Origin: Candidatus Binatia bacterium
GTDB lineage: Bacteria > Verrucomicrobiota > Verrucomicrobiia > Limisphaerales > UBA8199
Assembly: GCA_035566895.1 (NCBI GenBank)
Contig: DATMQA010000120.1
Location: 15,436 to 79,435, forward strand
Reading direction: 5' to 3'
DNA: 64,000 nucleotides
Below are positions 51,561 to 60,100 of the stretch, in pieces. The translations under genes and the position numbers were made by a program. The first letter of the stretch is position 1; each line of letters begins with the position of its first letter. Under the pieces are notes generated by a model, which was given only the letters and a program-made list of their open reading frames with translations, was not told where the DNA came from and ran no database searches.

Positions 51561-53561
51561 TCAAACGGCGACGTTGAACCGGCGGAGCCATCCGCCAAAG
51601 ATGAGCATGCGCCAGACCGCCGGATCGTATTTTGCCCGGCCAGCGCGGACCTTGGCAAACTCCGTGGTGGCCTGGGGCTTTAAGACACCGCGGCTGGCGT
51701 CCACCGCGTGGGCCAGACGTTGCTCCAACTCGGCGGCGCTCTCCTGCGCCCACATCTCTTCCGGGGTCACGAATCCGATTTTGTCGCGGCGCGCCAGGAC
51801 TTCGGCCGGCACCAAGCCTGACATACCTTCCCGCAACACGGCCTTGGTTAACCCCGACCGGATTTTGTAGCGGTCAGGCAGTCCGGTGACGAACTCCACC
51901 AAGCGATAGTCCAGGAAGGGCACGCGCGCCTCAATGGAGTGCGCCATCGAGTTGCGGTCTTCCCAGTGTAAGAGCATCTGCAAGTGCGCCCCGGTCAGCA
52001 ATTCCAACGAGAGTTCCCGGGCCGAGGTGTGGCGGTTGAATCGCGCGGCCAAGGGGCCGGGAAACGAGGCGCCCAACGCCTCCGGTGCGAGCCAAGCCGG
52101 GGACCTCTGGTTGCGGCGGAGCTGGCGGAAGCGCCGCTGCCAGGCCATGGGCATGGCGCCGTCCACGAGGGCGCGTCCGAAAGCGCTGAGGGCGCCGTTC
52201 CACTGGCGGCGCGCCGCGAGGGCTTCACGCCAGGCGCACAGGATGCGGCCCTGGCGGAGCATGCCTCCCAGGAACGCGCGGTGGAAATTCGGGTAACCAT
52301 AGAGTTGCTCATCAGCGCCCTGACCATCCAGCATGACCTTAATCTTCCGGGCGGCTGCGAGTTGGAATACGCACCATTGGGCGTAGATGCTCGTGCTGGT
52401 AAACGGCTCGTCCTGGTGCCAAATGACCTGGTCGAGGAGCGCAAGAAAATCCTTCAGCGAGGGAAAAACGTAGTGCGACTCGACGCCCGTGGCGGCAACC
52501 ACTTTTTCGATGTAATCCCGTTCGTCATAGCATTTGATTTCCGAGCAAGCCGAGAAGGTCTTATGTGCCAACCGAGCCTTGGTTTGGCGCAGCAGCAGGT
52601 GCGTCACGGAGACAATCGAGGAGGAATCGAGTCCGCCGGACAAACAGGAACCGACCGTCACATCCGAGCGCAGCCGAAGCCGGACGGAGTCAATGAGCAA
52701 CTCGCCGAAGCGCGTTGCTGCGTCCGCAAAACTGCCGTTGAAAAGTTGCGGTTCGAGCTGGTACCAGCGCGTTACATGCAAATCGGGGACAGGAGCGGTG
52801 CCTGTTCGAGCCGACCTGGTGTTCAAGCGGGCGTAGCACCCCGGCTCAACCTGAAACACCCTGGCGAACATGGTTTCCCGGCTGTGGTCCTGGAGACCGG
52901 CGAGCAGGAAGTCGTAGGCAGCCTGGCCATTGAGACGCGGATGCCAGCCGGGCAGGCAGGTGAACGCTTTGATTTCGGACGCAAAGGCAAACAAATCGTC
53001 CGTCGCCCAGTAATAAAGCGGCTTGATCCCAAAGCGGTCTCGCGAAAGAACAAGTTCATTCGTATGGGTGTCATAAATCGCCAGGGCCCACATCCCGTTG
53101 AACCGCGGAAAGCACTCCAAGCCCCATTCGGCATAGGCCGCCAAGATCACCTCGGTGTCGCAGTGGGATAGGAACTGGCGGCCGAGAGTTTCCAACTCGC
53201 TCCGGAGCTCGAGGTAATTGTACACTTCGCCGTTATAAACCATCCAATAGCGGTCCTGGTAAGACATTGGCTGGTGGCCCAGCGGGGACAAATCGAGGAT
53301 TGAAAGGCGGCGATGGGCAAGCCCCAGGCGAGCCTCCAGCCGGCCAGGCAATTCATCGAGCCGGCCGATGGGCCGATAGGGCATGTCGGCTCGAAAGACT
53401 TCAGGTGGAGTTTCTCCACCTCCCAGGCAGACCGGTCGACCCGGTTGCGCGAGCAAATAGCCTTCGTCGTCCGGCCCGCGGTGGCGCAACAATGTGTTCA
53501 TTTGCTGCAGTTGCGCCCCGGCATCGCCTTTGAGCGTGAGGAGTCCGGCAATTCCGCACAT
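51561..53561 (-). CDS. Asparagine synthase-like glutamine amidotransferase (WbpS-type candidate sugar-carboxylate amidotransferase)
   Basis: MCGIAGLL gives the N-terminal nucleophile Cys after Met. The synthetase domain has SGGLDSS. ATG at 53561 overlaps the upstream stop as TAATG. Confidence 0.88.
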   Translation of the reverse strand: MCGIAGLLTLKGDAGAQLQQMNTLLRHRGPDDEGYLLAQPGRPVCLGGGETPPEVFRADMPYRPIGRLDELPGRLEARLGLAHRRLSILDLSPLGHQPMSYQDRYWMVYNGEVYNYLELRSELETLGRQFLSHCDTEVILAAYAEWGLECFPRFNGMWALAIYDTHTNELVLSRDRFGIKPLYYWATDDLFAFASEIKAFTCLPGWHPRLNGQAAYDFLLAGLQDHSRETMFARVFQVEPGCYARLNTRSARTGTAPVPDLHVTRWYQLEPQLFNGSFADAATRFGELLIDSVRLRLRSDVTVGSCLSGGLDSSSIVSVTHLLLRQTKARLAHKTFSACSEIKCYDERDYIEKVVAATGVESHYVFPSLKDFLALLDQVIWHQDEPFTSTSIYAQWCVFQLAAARKIKVMLDGQGADEQLYGYPNFHRAFLGGMLRQGRILCAWREALAARRQWNGALSAFGRALVDGAMPMAWQRRFRQLRRNQRSPAWLAPEALGASFPGPLAARFNRHTSARELSLELLTGAHLQMLLHWEDRNSMAHSIEARVPFLDYRLVEFVTGLPDRYKIRSGLTKAVLREGMSGLVPAEVLARRDKIGFVTPEEMWAQESAAELEQRLAHAVDASRGVLKPQATTEFAKVRAGRAKYDPAVWRMLIFGGWLRRFNVAV

Positions 53562-54682
53562 TATTGGACTCCTTTCGCACCCCGAGGCGGAGTTAGAGGA
53601 CGCCAAGATCGAGTTGAACGGAGCGGTGCCCCGTTGCCAGCCGCATCGGTTAAATCTTTGTAGATGTCGATGAGCCCGGCGGCAACTTTGCGCGCATCGT
53701 GGTATTGTTCGATATACTGGCGGCCCCTGATACCGAGGTCGTGCCGCTGCCGGCCGTTTTTCAGCAAGGGAGCTATCGCCTCAGTCAGCGTGGTTTGATC
53801 GGCGGCAACAATCGGCAGGGTGTCGGGATAGCGTGGCCGCAAGGCGGGTTTGATGAAACAGACCACCGGCTTGCCCAAAGCGAGGGCTTCGTGTGAAGCC
53901 AACCCTTCGGCGCCAATGGTGAATTGGTCCAGAAAGAGATCACACTCAGCAACTGTTTTCAAGGCCTGGCTTCTGGGTATCTGGTGGATGAGTTTAAAAT
54001 CAAACGTATGCGTTCGAGCCAGATTATCCAGCGTACTGAGGACCGCTTCGGTCCCTTTTTTGGCTTTGTCCGAAGGCGCATGGACCACGAGAGGGCGCGC
54101 TTGGCTGGCGTCCGGATAACGGGGTTCGTAATCTTCAAGCATGAGGCAAGCTTGCGTCTGGTAATAGCCAGCGAAGGCTCCAGCGTCCAGATAGTCGGAG
54201 AGTTCGTAACCAGGAATCAGGCATTGAAAGCCGAAGCGACCGAACATCCGCTGAGTGGATTGGGAACGCGGCCAGGTCAGTTCGGGATTTTGCTCATACA
54301 TTCGGGCGAGGGCCGGATTATCGCGTGAAGCCACGCGGGGGTCACGCACATCATCGCCCCAGAACTCGACCAGGCGTGGCTTGCGCAACCAAGCAGCCAG
54401 GCGGAGGTCCATTCCTCTCCAGGTCGTTCCACCCCAATGCCAATGAATCAGATCCGCCCAGGCCATCAAGCGCATCATTTTGAGCCGCCATCGAAGGCCC
54501 CGCCAAAGGCGGCTCGCCGGAGCGGGCTTCCCGAACCAGTCCATGGTCTCAATGCCGGAATAATCCTGGATAGGCGAAAACCTCCGGGCCAATCCACGCG
54601 CCTGGACCCCCAGGGCACGCAACCCGCGCACGGTGATCGAAATCTGAGAGGCGACGTTGAAGGGGAGGTGAAGGATTTTCAT
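53561..54682 (-). CDS. Glycosyltransferase-like protein (divergent GT-B, GT4-like C-terminal motif)
   Basis: MKILHLPFNVASQ... and C-terminal EGLASHEALALGKPVV. The ATGA overlap with the upstream gene is at 54679-54682. Confidence 0.6.
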   Translation of the reverse strand: MKILHLPFNVASQISITVRGLRALGVQARGLARRFSPIQDYSGIETMDWFGKPAPASRLWRGLRWRLKMMRLMAWADLIHWHWGGTTWRGMDLRLAAWLRKPRLVEFWGDDVRDPRVASRDNPALARMYEQNPELTWPRSQSTQRMFGRFGFQCLIPGYELSDYLDAGAFAGYYQTQACLMLEDYEPRYPDASQARPLVVHAPSDKAKKGTEAVLSTLDNLARTHTFDFKLIHQIPRSQALKTVAECDLFLDQFTIGAEGLASHEALALGKPVVCFIKPALRPRYPDTLPIVAADQTTLTEAIAPLLKNGRQRHDLGIRGRQYIEQYHDARKVAAGLIDIYKDLTDAAGNGAPLRSTRSWRPLTPPRGAKGVQ

Positions 54683-55860
54683 TGAGCGGCGCTGCAAATA
54701 GCCTCGACGACCTGATCAATTTGAGACTCGGTCATTCCCGGGAAAATGGGTATAGCGAAGGCCAGCCGGGAGGCTGCGTAAGCACCAGGGAACAGAGACG
54801 GCACACGCCCTTGCTCGAAAACAGGCAGTTCCGGAAGGTATTGGGCAGCGTCCGAGACTGCCACGTCCCTTTGACGCAAGGACTCTTTGAACCGATTCAG
54901 CCTGCGTTCAGCAGCCTGAAGAGCGCCGGCATCTGCCGCCAGGTCAACGAGCGGACCGTCAGCCCACGTGCAAACGTAGGCCTGGAACACGTGCTCTTCC
55001 AGCGATGCTGGCAATCGGGGAGGAATCAGGCAGCAACAGGAAGACAGTTGATCGGCGTAACGCTGCGCTATATGGCGCCGTTGGGAAAGGAATTGAGGCA
55101 AGCGTGCCAGTTGGGCCAGCCCGACCGCCGCCTGGAGGTCAGTGAGCTTGCAGTTAAAGGCCAACCGGCTGAATCCGCAAGGACTGCCGTCGCCGGTTTG
55201 AAAGCGCGCCCAGGCGGTCCGCGCGGCTCCATAGTTGCGGTCGGCGCGAATGTTGGCCGCCAGAGCAGGGTCGTTGGTGCAGACAGCGCCCCCCTCACCG
55301 GTGGTCAGGATCTTTCGCGGATGAAAACTGAAGCAGCCCGCGACGCCAAAAGTCCCGGCCAACCGGCCGGCTTTCCTCGCACCGAATGCCAGGGCGGTGT
55401 CTTCCACCAGGGCTAGATTGCGCCGCCGGCACTCGGTTGCAACCACATCAATTTCCGCAGCCTGACCAAACATGTGGACTGCAATCACGGCCTTGGTATC
55501 CGGGGCCAGCACAGCAGCGATGGTGTCCCAAGTCACATTGAATGTGGCCGGGTCAATATCGGCAAACAACAACCGCGCGCCGGTTTCGAGGACGGGCAGG
55601 GCGGTGGCAGCGCAGCTCAAAGCCGGCACTACGACAGAATCCCCTGGGCCAACGCCGAGGCCCCGCAAGGTGAGCATGAGGGCGGAGGTGCCGGAATTGA
55701 CCGCACACACCTCGCGGCAGCCGAGCAGGTCGGCCAGGCGCTTTTCAAATTCCTCGACCTTTGGGCCCTGCGAAACCCACCCTGAGTGCAGGACTTCTCT
55801 TACAGCAGCTTCTTCTTCCGGACCGAAAAAAGGCCGCGCCAACGGTATGCCGTTTGTCAT
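54679..55860 (-). CDS. DegT/DnrJ/EryC1-family sugar aminotransferase
   Basis: IPLARPFFGPEEEAAVREVLHSGWVSQGPKVEEFE..., and FSFHPRKILTTGEGGAV (PLP Lys). Confidence 0.88.
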   Translation of the reverse strand: MTNGIPLARPFFGPEEEAAVREVLHSGWVSQGPKVEEFEKRLADLLGCREVCAVNSGTSALMLTLRGLGVGPGDSVVVPALSCAATALPVLETGARLLFADIDPATFNVTWDTIAAVLAPDTKAVIAVHMFGQAAEIDVVATECRRRNLALVEDTALAFGARKAGRLAGTFGVAGCFSFHPRKILTTGEGGAVCTNDPALAANIRADRNYGAARTAWARFQTGDGSPCGFSRLAFNCKLTDLQAAVGLAQLARLPQFLSQRRHIAQRYADQLSSCCCLIPPRLPASLEEHVFQAYVCTWADGPLVDLAADAGALQAAERRLNRFKESLRQRDVAVSDAAQYLPELPVFEQGRVPSLFPGAYAASRLAFAIPIFPGMTESQIDQVVEAICSAAQ

Positions 55861-56498
55861 GACCGGGACTCCTTTCGGAGCGAACGAGCAGGAACTCCAA
55901 CCGCCAAGCAGTGAGGCGCCAGGTTATGCAACACCACCGCCCCGGCTCCCACGGTGCTCCAACCGCCGAGTCTAACAAACGGGCAGACCTTGGCACCGGT
56001 CGCGACGAACACGCCTTCCCCGGTCACCACCGCTCCGGCGAGCACGGCCCCGGGACCGATATGGCAAAACTCCCCTACGATGCAATCGTGCTCGATGATA
56101 CAACCAGTATTGAGGACGGCATGTGACTGAACTACGGCACCGGCGTTGACAATGACGCCCGCCAGAATTTGGGCTGTCGGATGGACCCGGGCATGGGGTG
56201 AGATAATTGCCGATGGGTGACGGACGCCGCAAGGCTTTGCGCCGCGGCGGTTCAGGTCCAGGGCGATGCGCTTGCGCAGGTCGTTGATCGCTATGGCAAT
56301 CAGAACCGCATAACGACTGAGGTCGTCGGGCGAAAGCTCCTGCATAGGTCCCCTCACGGTGGTTTGGAGGATGCGCTGTCCCTTCTTTCCCGGATCATCA
56401 TCTACGATAAAGGCGGGCTTGTGCCCACCGGCAAGCAGGGCATCCACCACCGAGGTCGCATGCCCGCCGGCACCGTAGAGGATCACATCATTGCTCAT
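55857..56498 (-). CDS. NeuD/PglD-family hexapeptide sugar N-acetyltransferase
   Basis: MSNDVILYGAGGHATSVVDAL... is a Rossmann-like N-terminal domain, followed by left-handed beta-helix repeats. ATG at 56498. Confidence 0.85.
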   Translation of the reverse strand: MSNDVILYGAGGHATSVVDALLAGGHKPAFIVDDDPGKKGQRILQTTVRGPMQELSPDDLSRYAVLIAIAINDLRKRIALDLNRRGAKPCGVRHPSAIISPHARVHPTAQILAGVIVNAGAVVQSHAVLNTGCIIEHDCIVGEFCHIGPGAVLAGAVVTGEGVFVATGAKVCPFVRLGGWSTVGAGAVVLHNLAPHCLAVGVPARSLRKESRS

Positions 56499-56516
56499 GA
56501 GCTTCAAGGAAATCCA

Positions 56517-57173
56517 TCAAAACGCCTGGCGAGTCACTCGCGCCGGGTTGCCTACGACCACCGTTTTCGGAGGCACATCCTGGAGCACGACCGCGCCGAT
56601 CCCGGCGAGGCTGAAGTCGCCTATCCGCACGCCGTTGCTAACGGCGCACTGGGCTCCCAAATAGCAGGCTTTGCCGATTTGGACGCCTCCGGCCAGGCAA
56701 GCGCTTGAAGCGATGCAGGTGTGGTCGCCCACGACAGTATCATGGCTGAGCACGGCGTTGGGCAGGATGATCACATGGCAGCCGACCCTGACACCTGAAT
56801 TGATGGTGGCGTTCTGCAGCACTACAGTTCCGCGCCCCAGCGCGGCAAACCGTGAAACGCTTGCCCGTGGATGAACAATGCTGACAAAGGCCTCGTCGGG
56901 CAGGCCCGTGGTCGCAATAATATCTGGCTTCCGCCAATAATTGTGGAAGCTGCCAATGCCATTGGCAAAGAGGCAATCGGAATAATTACGGGCGTGCGAG
57001 AGCGGCCCGAGCACCCGGCAACCCTGCACCTCTTGTCCCCATACCTCTTTGTTGTCGTCCAGAAAACCGCGCACGCGATATTGCAGCATCCCCCCAGACT
57101 CGTTCAGAGCGAGGACCGCATCCAGAATGTCGATACAGTTGCCGCCGGTGCCCAGGATAATGAGGTCTTTCAT
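56517..57173 (-). CDS. NeuD/PglD-family hexapeptide sugar N-acetyltransferase (second copy)
   Basis: [20 protein letters not shown]...GFLDDN... followed by hexapeptide repeats. ATG at 57173 overlaps the upstream stop as ATGA. The listed 397-aa ORF start (57710) is an out-of-frame overlap with the aminotransferase gene. Confidence 0.85.
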   Translation of the reverse strand: MKDLIILGTGGNCIDILDAVLALNESGGMLQYRVRGFLDDNKEVWGQEVQGCRVLGPLSHARNYSDCLFANGIGSFHNYWRKPDIIATTGLPDEAFVSIVHPRASVSRFAALGRGTVVLQNATINSGVRVGCHVIILPNAVLSHDTVVGDHTCIASSACLAGGVQIGKACYLGAQCAVSNGVRIGDFSLAGIGAVVLQDVPPKTVVVGNPARVTRQAF

Positions 57174-58342
57174 CGCGTCCTCGAGGCTGGAGGAGACGTC
57201 TCGGCGGCGGGCGCCTCTGTGGACAAGGTCCTTTGGAGGACGGAGCAGATAGCTGCCGTTACTTGCGGGACCTGGGATTCCGCCATCCCGGCGTGGAGCG
57301 GCAGCGCGAGCCCTTGATAATGGAGGTTCTCGGACACGGGCAAGGCGGGCTGGGGCTGAAGATGCTGTGCGAGATGGCCGGCAACTGAGCCCGGCCCCGC
57401 CTCGATGCCCTGGGCAGCGAGTTGATCGATGACCGAAGTGCGTTGGGCACTTTCCGGCAGGACCGGCATGAAGGTTTGCCAAGTGTGTTCGGCGTGGTTG
57501 GCTGGGAGCCGCAGACCCGAACAGCCTTGAAGCAGGCCCAAGTACTGGCGCGCTAATAAACGCCGTTTCTGCAGGATGCCCTCGCACTTTCCGAGCTGCA
57601 CCCGGCCAATCGCGGCCTGAATTTCTGTCATCCGATAATTCAACCCCGGCAGCACAAAGTCGCGGCGGCCACGCGTGCTTTGTTGGCCGTGGTTTCGCCA
57701 GAGCCGACAACGCTCGGCCAACGCAGCGTCATTGGTGACAATCGCGCCGCCTTCGCCGGTCGTGATTGATTTACGGGGGTGGAAACTGAAAATCCCGAGC
57801 TTGCCGAAGGTCCCAACCGGTTTTGCATGGTAGGTGGCTCCCAGCGCGCAGGCGGCATCCTCGATCACCTCCAACGAATATTTTGCTGCGATAGATAAGA
57901 CTTCTTCCATGTCGGCCGCCAGGCCAAACTCGTGGACCGGCACAATAGCGCGCGGTTTACCCCAGCCGTGCCGACGGCAATCTCCGATACGACGGAGGAG
58001 GTCTTCGGGAGCAAGATTGCAGGTGTCCGGCGACACATCGACAAAGACAGGCCGGGCGCCAACCAGTTTGGCCATGTTGGCGGCGGAGGGCCAGGCGAAG
58101 CTGGGGATGAAGACCGCGTCCCCTGGGCCGATGCCCAGCGCCAAATAGCAGATGTGCAGAGCCGCCGTGCCGGAGGAAACCGCGATGCAATGGCGCGCCT
58201 GGTGCAACTGCGCAATTCCGGCTTCGAACGCTTCGACCTCCGGCCCCTGAACCACCCAGCCGCTGGCGAGCACGCGACGGACAGCCTCCGCCTCCTGCTG
58301 GTCGAAGAATGGCCGGGAGAGTGGAATTCTTTGGCCCATCAC
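57170..58342 (-). CDS. DegT/DnrJ/EryC1-family sugar aminotransferase
   Basis: [35 protein letters not shown]..., and [17 protein letters not shown]. Start is GTG 58342 or ATG 58339. Confidence 0.88.
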   Translation of the reverse strand: MMGQRIPLSRPFFDQQEAEAVRRVLASGWVVQGPEVEAFEAGIAQLHQARHCIAVSSGTAALHICYLALGIGPGDAVFIPSFAWPSAANMAKLVGARPVFVDVSPDTCNLAPEDLLRRIGDCRRHGWGKPRAIVPVHEFGLAADMEEVLSIAAKYSLEVIEDAACALGATYHAKPVGTFGKLGIFSFHPRKSITTGEGGAIVTNDAALAERCRLWRNHGQQSTRGRRDFVLPGLNYRMTEIQAAIGRVQLGKCEGILQKRRLLARQYLGLLQGCSGLRLPANHAEHTWQTFMPVLPESAQRTSVIDQLAAQGIEAGPGSVAGHLAQHLQPQPALPVSENLHYQGLALPLHAGMAESQVPQVTAAICSVLQRTLSTEAPAAETSPPASRTR

Positions 58343-59301
58343 GCAATTTGGGTTTTATAAAATTCCCCCGTGCGGCGGATGCCTTCTTCGAGGTCCACCT
58401 TGGCTTCAAACCCAATGAGTTCTCTGGCTTTCTTCACGCTCGGCACCCGCAGTTCCACGTCGGCGTATGATTTAAGGGTAAAACAAATGGCTGATTTGCT
58501 TCTGAGAACGCGCACGACAGCTTGCGCCAGGCCGAAGATGGTCACCACCGCTCGCGAGTTACCGATGTTGAGACTTTCACCGACCGCATGGGGATGGGTC
58601 ATCGCCAGCAAGAGCCCTTCGATGAAATCATCGACGTAGCACCAGGCGCGGATTTGGTTGCCGTCGCCGTGAATCTGGATTTCCTGGTTCTGGAGCGCGC
58701 GGAGGATAAAGGTGCGGAGGGCGCCCTCGCCGACCTGGCCCGGGCCATAGATGTTGAAGGGGCGCAGGGTCACGGTTGGGAGACCGAACTCCTGATGGTA
58801 AGCCTTGGCGAGGTGTTCGCCGGCCAGTTTGCTGACGGCGTAAGTCCAGCGAGCCTCGCCGACGGCGCCAATCTCGGTGCGGTCGGCCTCATCGGCGCGG
58901 AACGCGGAAGTGCCAAACACTTCGCTGGTGGAGAAATCAACGAATCTTTCGAGCTGTTTGAGGTCTTTGGCCGCTTCCAGCGCGTTGGCCGTGCCGAGCA
59001 TGTTAATGCGCATGGTCTCGGTGGGCCGCTTGATCACCGTATCGATGCCGGCGATGGCGGCGCAATGCACGACGATATTCGCACCGTCCATGGCCTGGCG
59101 GAGGGCGTGAAGGTCAAGGACATCGCCTTTGACCACCTTTAACCGGGGATGCTTTGCGTAGGCGCGTCCGGTCAGGGCATCGCGGCGCAGGTTGTCATAG
59201 ACGGTAATGTCGTTCTCCTCGATTAGCCTGCCGATCAGAGTCGAGCCGATAAAGCCAGCGCCGCCGGTGATGAAGATGCGTTTGTCGGTTAGTGGTTCCA
59301 T
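58339..59301 (-). CDS. NAD-dependent sugar epimerase/dehydratase (extended SDR)
   Basis: [12 protein letters not shown] (GxxGxxG), STSEVFG and YAVSKLAGE (YxxxK). Confidence 0.88.
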   Translation of the reverse strand: MEPLTDKRIFITGGAGFIGSTLIGRLIEENDITVYDNLRRDALTGRAYAKHPRLKVVKGDVLDLHALRQAMDGANIVVHCAAIAGIDTVIKRPTETMRINMLGTANALEAAKDLKQLERFVDFSTSEVFGTSAFRADEADRTEIGAVGEARWTYAVSKLAGEHLAKAYHQEFGLPTVTLRPFNIYGPGQVGEGALRTFILRALQNQEIQIHGDGNQIRAWCYVDDFIEGLLLAMTHPHAVGESLNIGNSRAVVTIFGLAQAVVRVLRSKSAICFTLKSYADVELRVPSVKKARELIGFEAKVDLEEGIRRTGEFYKTQIA

Positions 59302-59316
59302 GAGGGTTGAGCGGGT

Positions 59317-60048
59317 TCAGGCGGATATAGATTTGTGCCGGACCTGCTGGCGTACATGCCGCCATTGGCGGAATCTGCGCAGAGGATAGCCGACGAAAAC
59401 CTTGCGCCAAAGCGACAGCCGTTCGCCGAAGCTGGTCATTTCAAACCGGGTTGCGCGCGGCACATACCAGTTGTTCAATTGGGTGCGTTTGACGAGTTTG
59501 TAGCCGTGCCGAACCAAGTGACGGTGTTTGTCGAGCGAGCGGCCTTTATCTTCCAACAGAATCAACGCGGGCTGATGTGATTCCAGGCTAAATCCCCGCA
59601 GCACGTCCAATTCGGTGCCTTCGGTATCAATCGAAACAAAATCCACCTTTACGCACCCGGCCCGCTTGAGCAATTCGTCGAGCGTGACGGCTTCCACCTT
59701 CTCGGTTCGCTCGTATTCGACCGAGAAATCATCGACATTGCGTTCCAGCGTGGCGAAATCCTCCAGATGACGGGGAGGGATGTAAAGGTCCACCAACCCT
59801 TGCTTGCCCGGTGCGGTGCAGGCGGCACAGACCACCTGTGAAGCCGGGCGCTGGCGCTGGAGCATTTCGTAAAGGTTGCGTTGCGGTTCAACCAGCAGCC
59901 CGCGCCAGCCATTTTGCTCCAGCAACCACGTCAGCGAGCCATCCACCGGCTCGTTGGCGCCGACCTCGACGAAAAAGCCTTCGCGCCGGCAGTCGAAAAA
60001 CTGCCACACGAACTCGTCCTGATGGCCGGCATAACTCACACTCGTCAA
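59317..60048 (-). CDS. FkbM-family methyltransferase
   Basis: FFVEVGANEPVDGSLTWLLEQNGWRGLLVEP and VDFVSIDTEGTELDVL. Only TTG 60048 or GTG 60039 are available as starts. Confidence 0.8.
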   Translation of the reverse strand: MTSVSYAGHQDEFVWQFFDCRREGFFVEVGANEPVDGSLTWLLEQNGWRGLLVEPQRNLYEMLQRQRPASQVVCAACTAPGKQGLVDLYIPPRHLEDFATLERNVDDFSVEYERTEKVEAVTLDELLKRAGCVKVDFVSIDTEGTELDVLRGFSLESHQPALILLEDKGRSLDKHRHLVRHGYKLVKRTQLNNWYVPRATRFEMTSFGERLSLWRKVFVGYPLRRFRQWRHVRQQVRHKSISA

Positions 60049-60100
60049 TCGCTCGCCTGATGCTTAACATGGCGGGCATTGACTCTCAATAAAAACAGAA

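Noticed and set aside
51984-53171. 395-aa plus-strand ORF (also 49544-50449, 35192-36244, 13006-13872, 43756-44412; and minus-strand 28921-29736, 30976-31770, 31870-32697, 9254-9970)
   Set aside because: All are antisense or out-of-frame overlaps of genes with strong homology signatures (AsnB-like, GT4, propeller protein, secreted protein, suf genes, metX). All have low-complexity Arg/Gly/Pro/Ala composition and lack motifs.
57174-57710. N-terminal 178-aa extension of the second NeuD-type acetyltransferase ORF (listed 56517-57710)
   Set aside because: The extension overlaps the DegT aminotransferase gene out of frame and is Arg/Pro/Ala-rich. The family-typical N-terminus [11 protein letters not shown] starts at 57173, in an ATGA overlap with the upstream stop.
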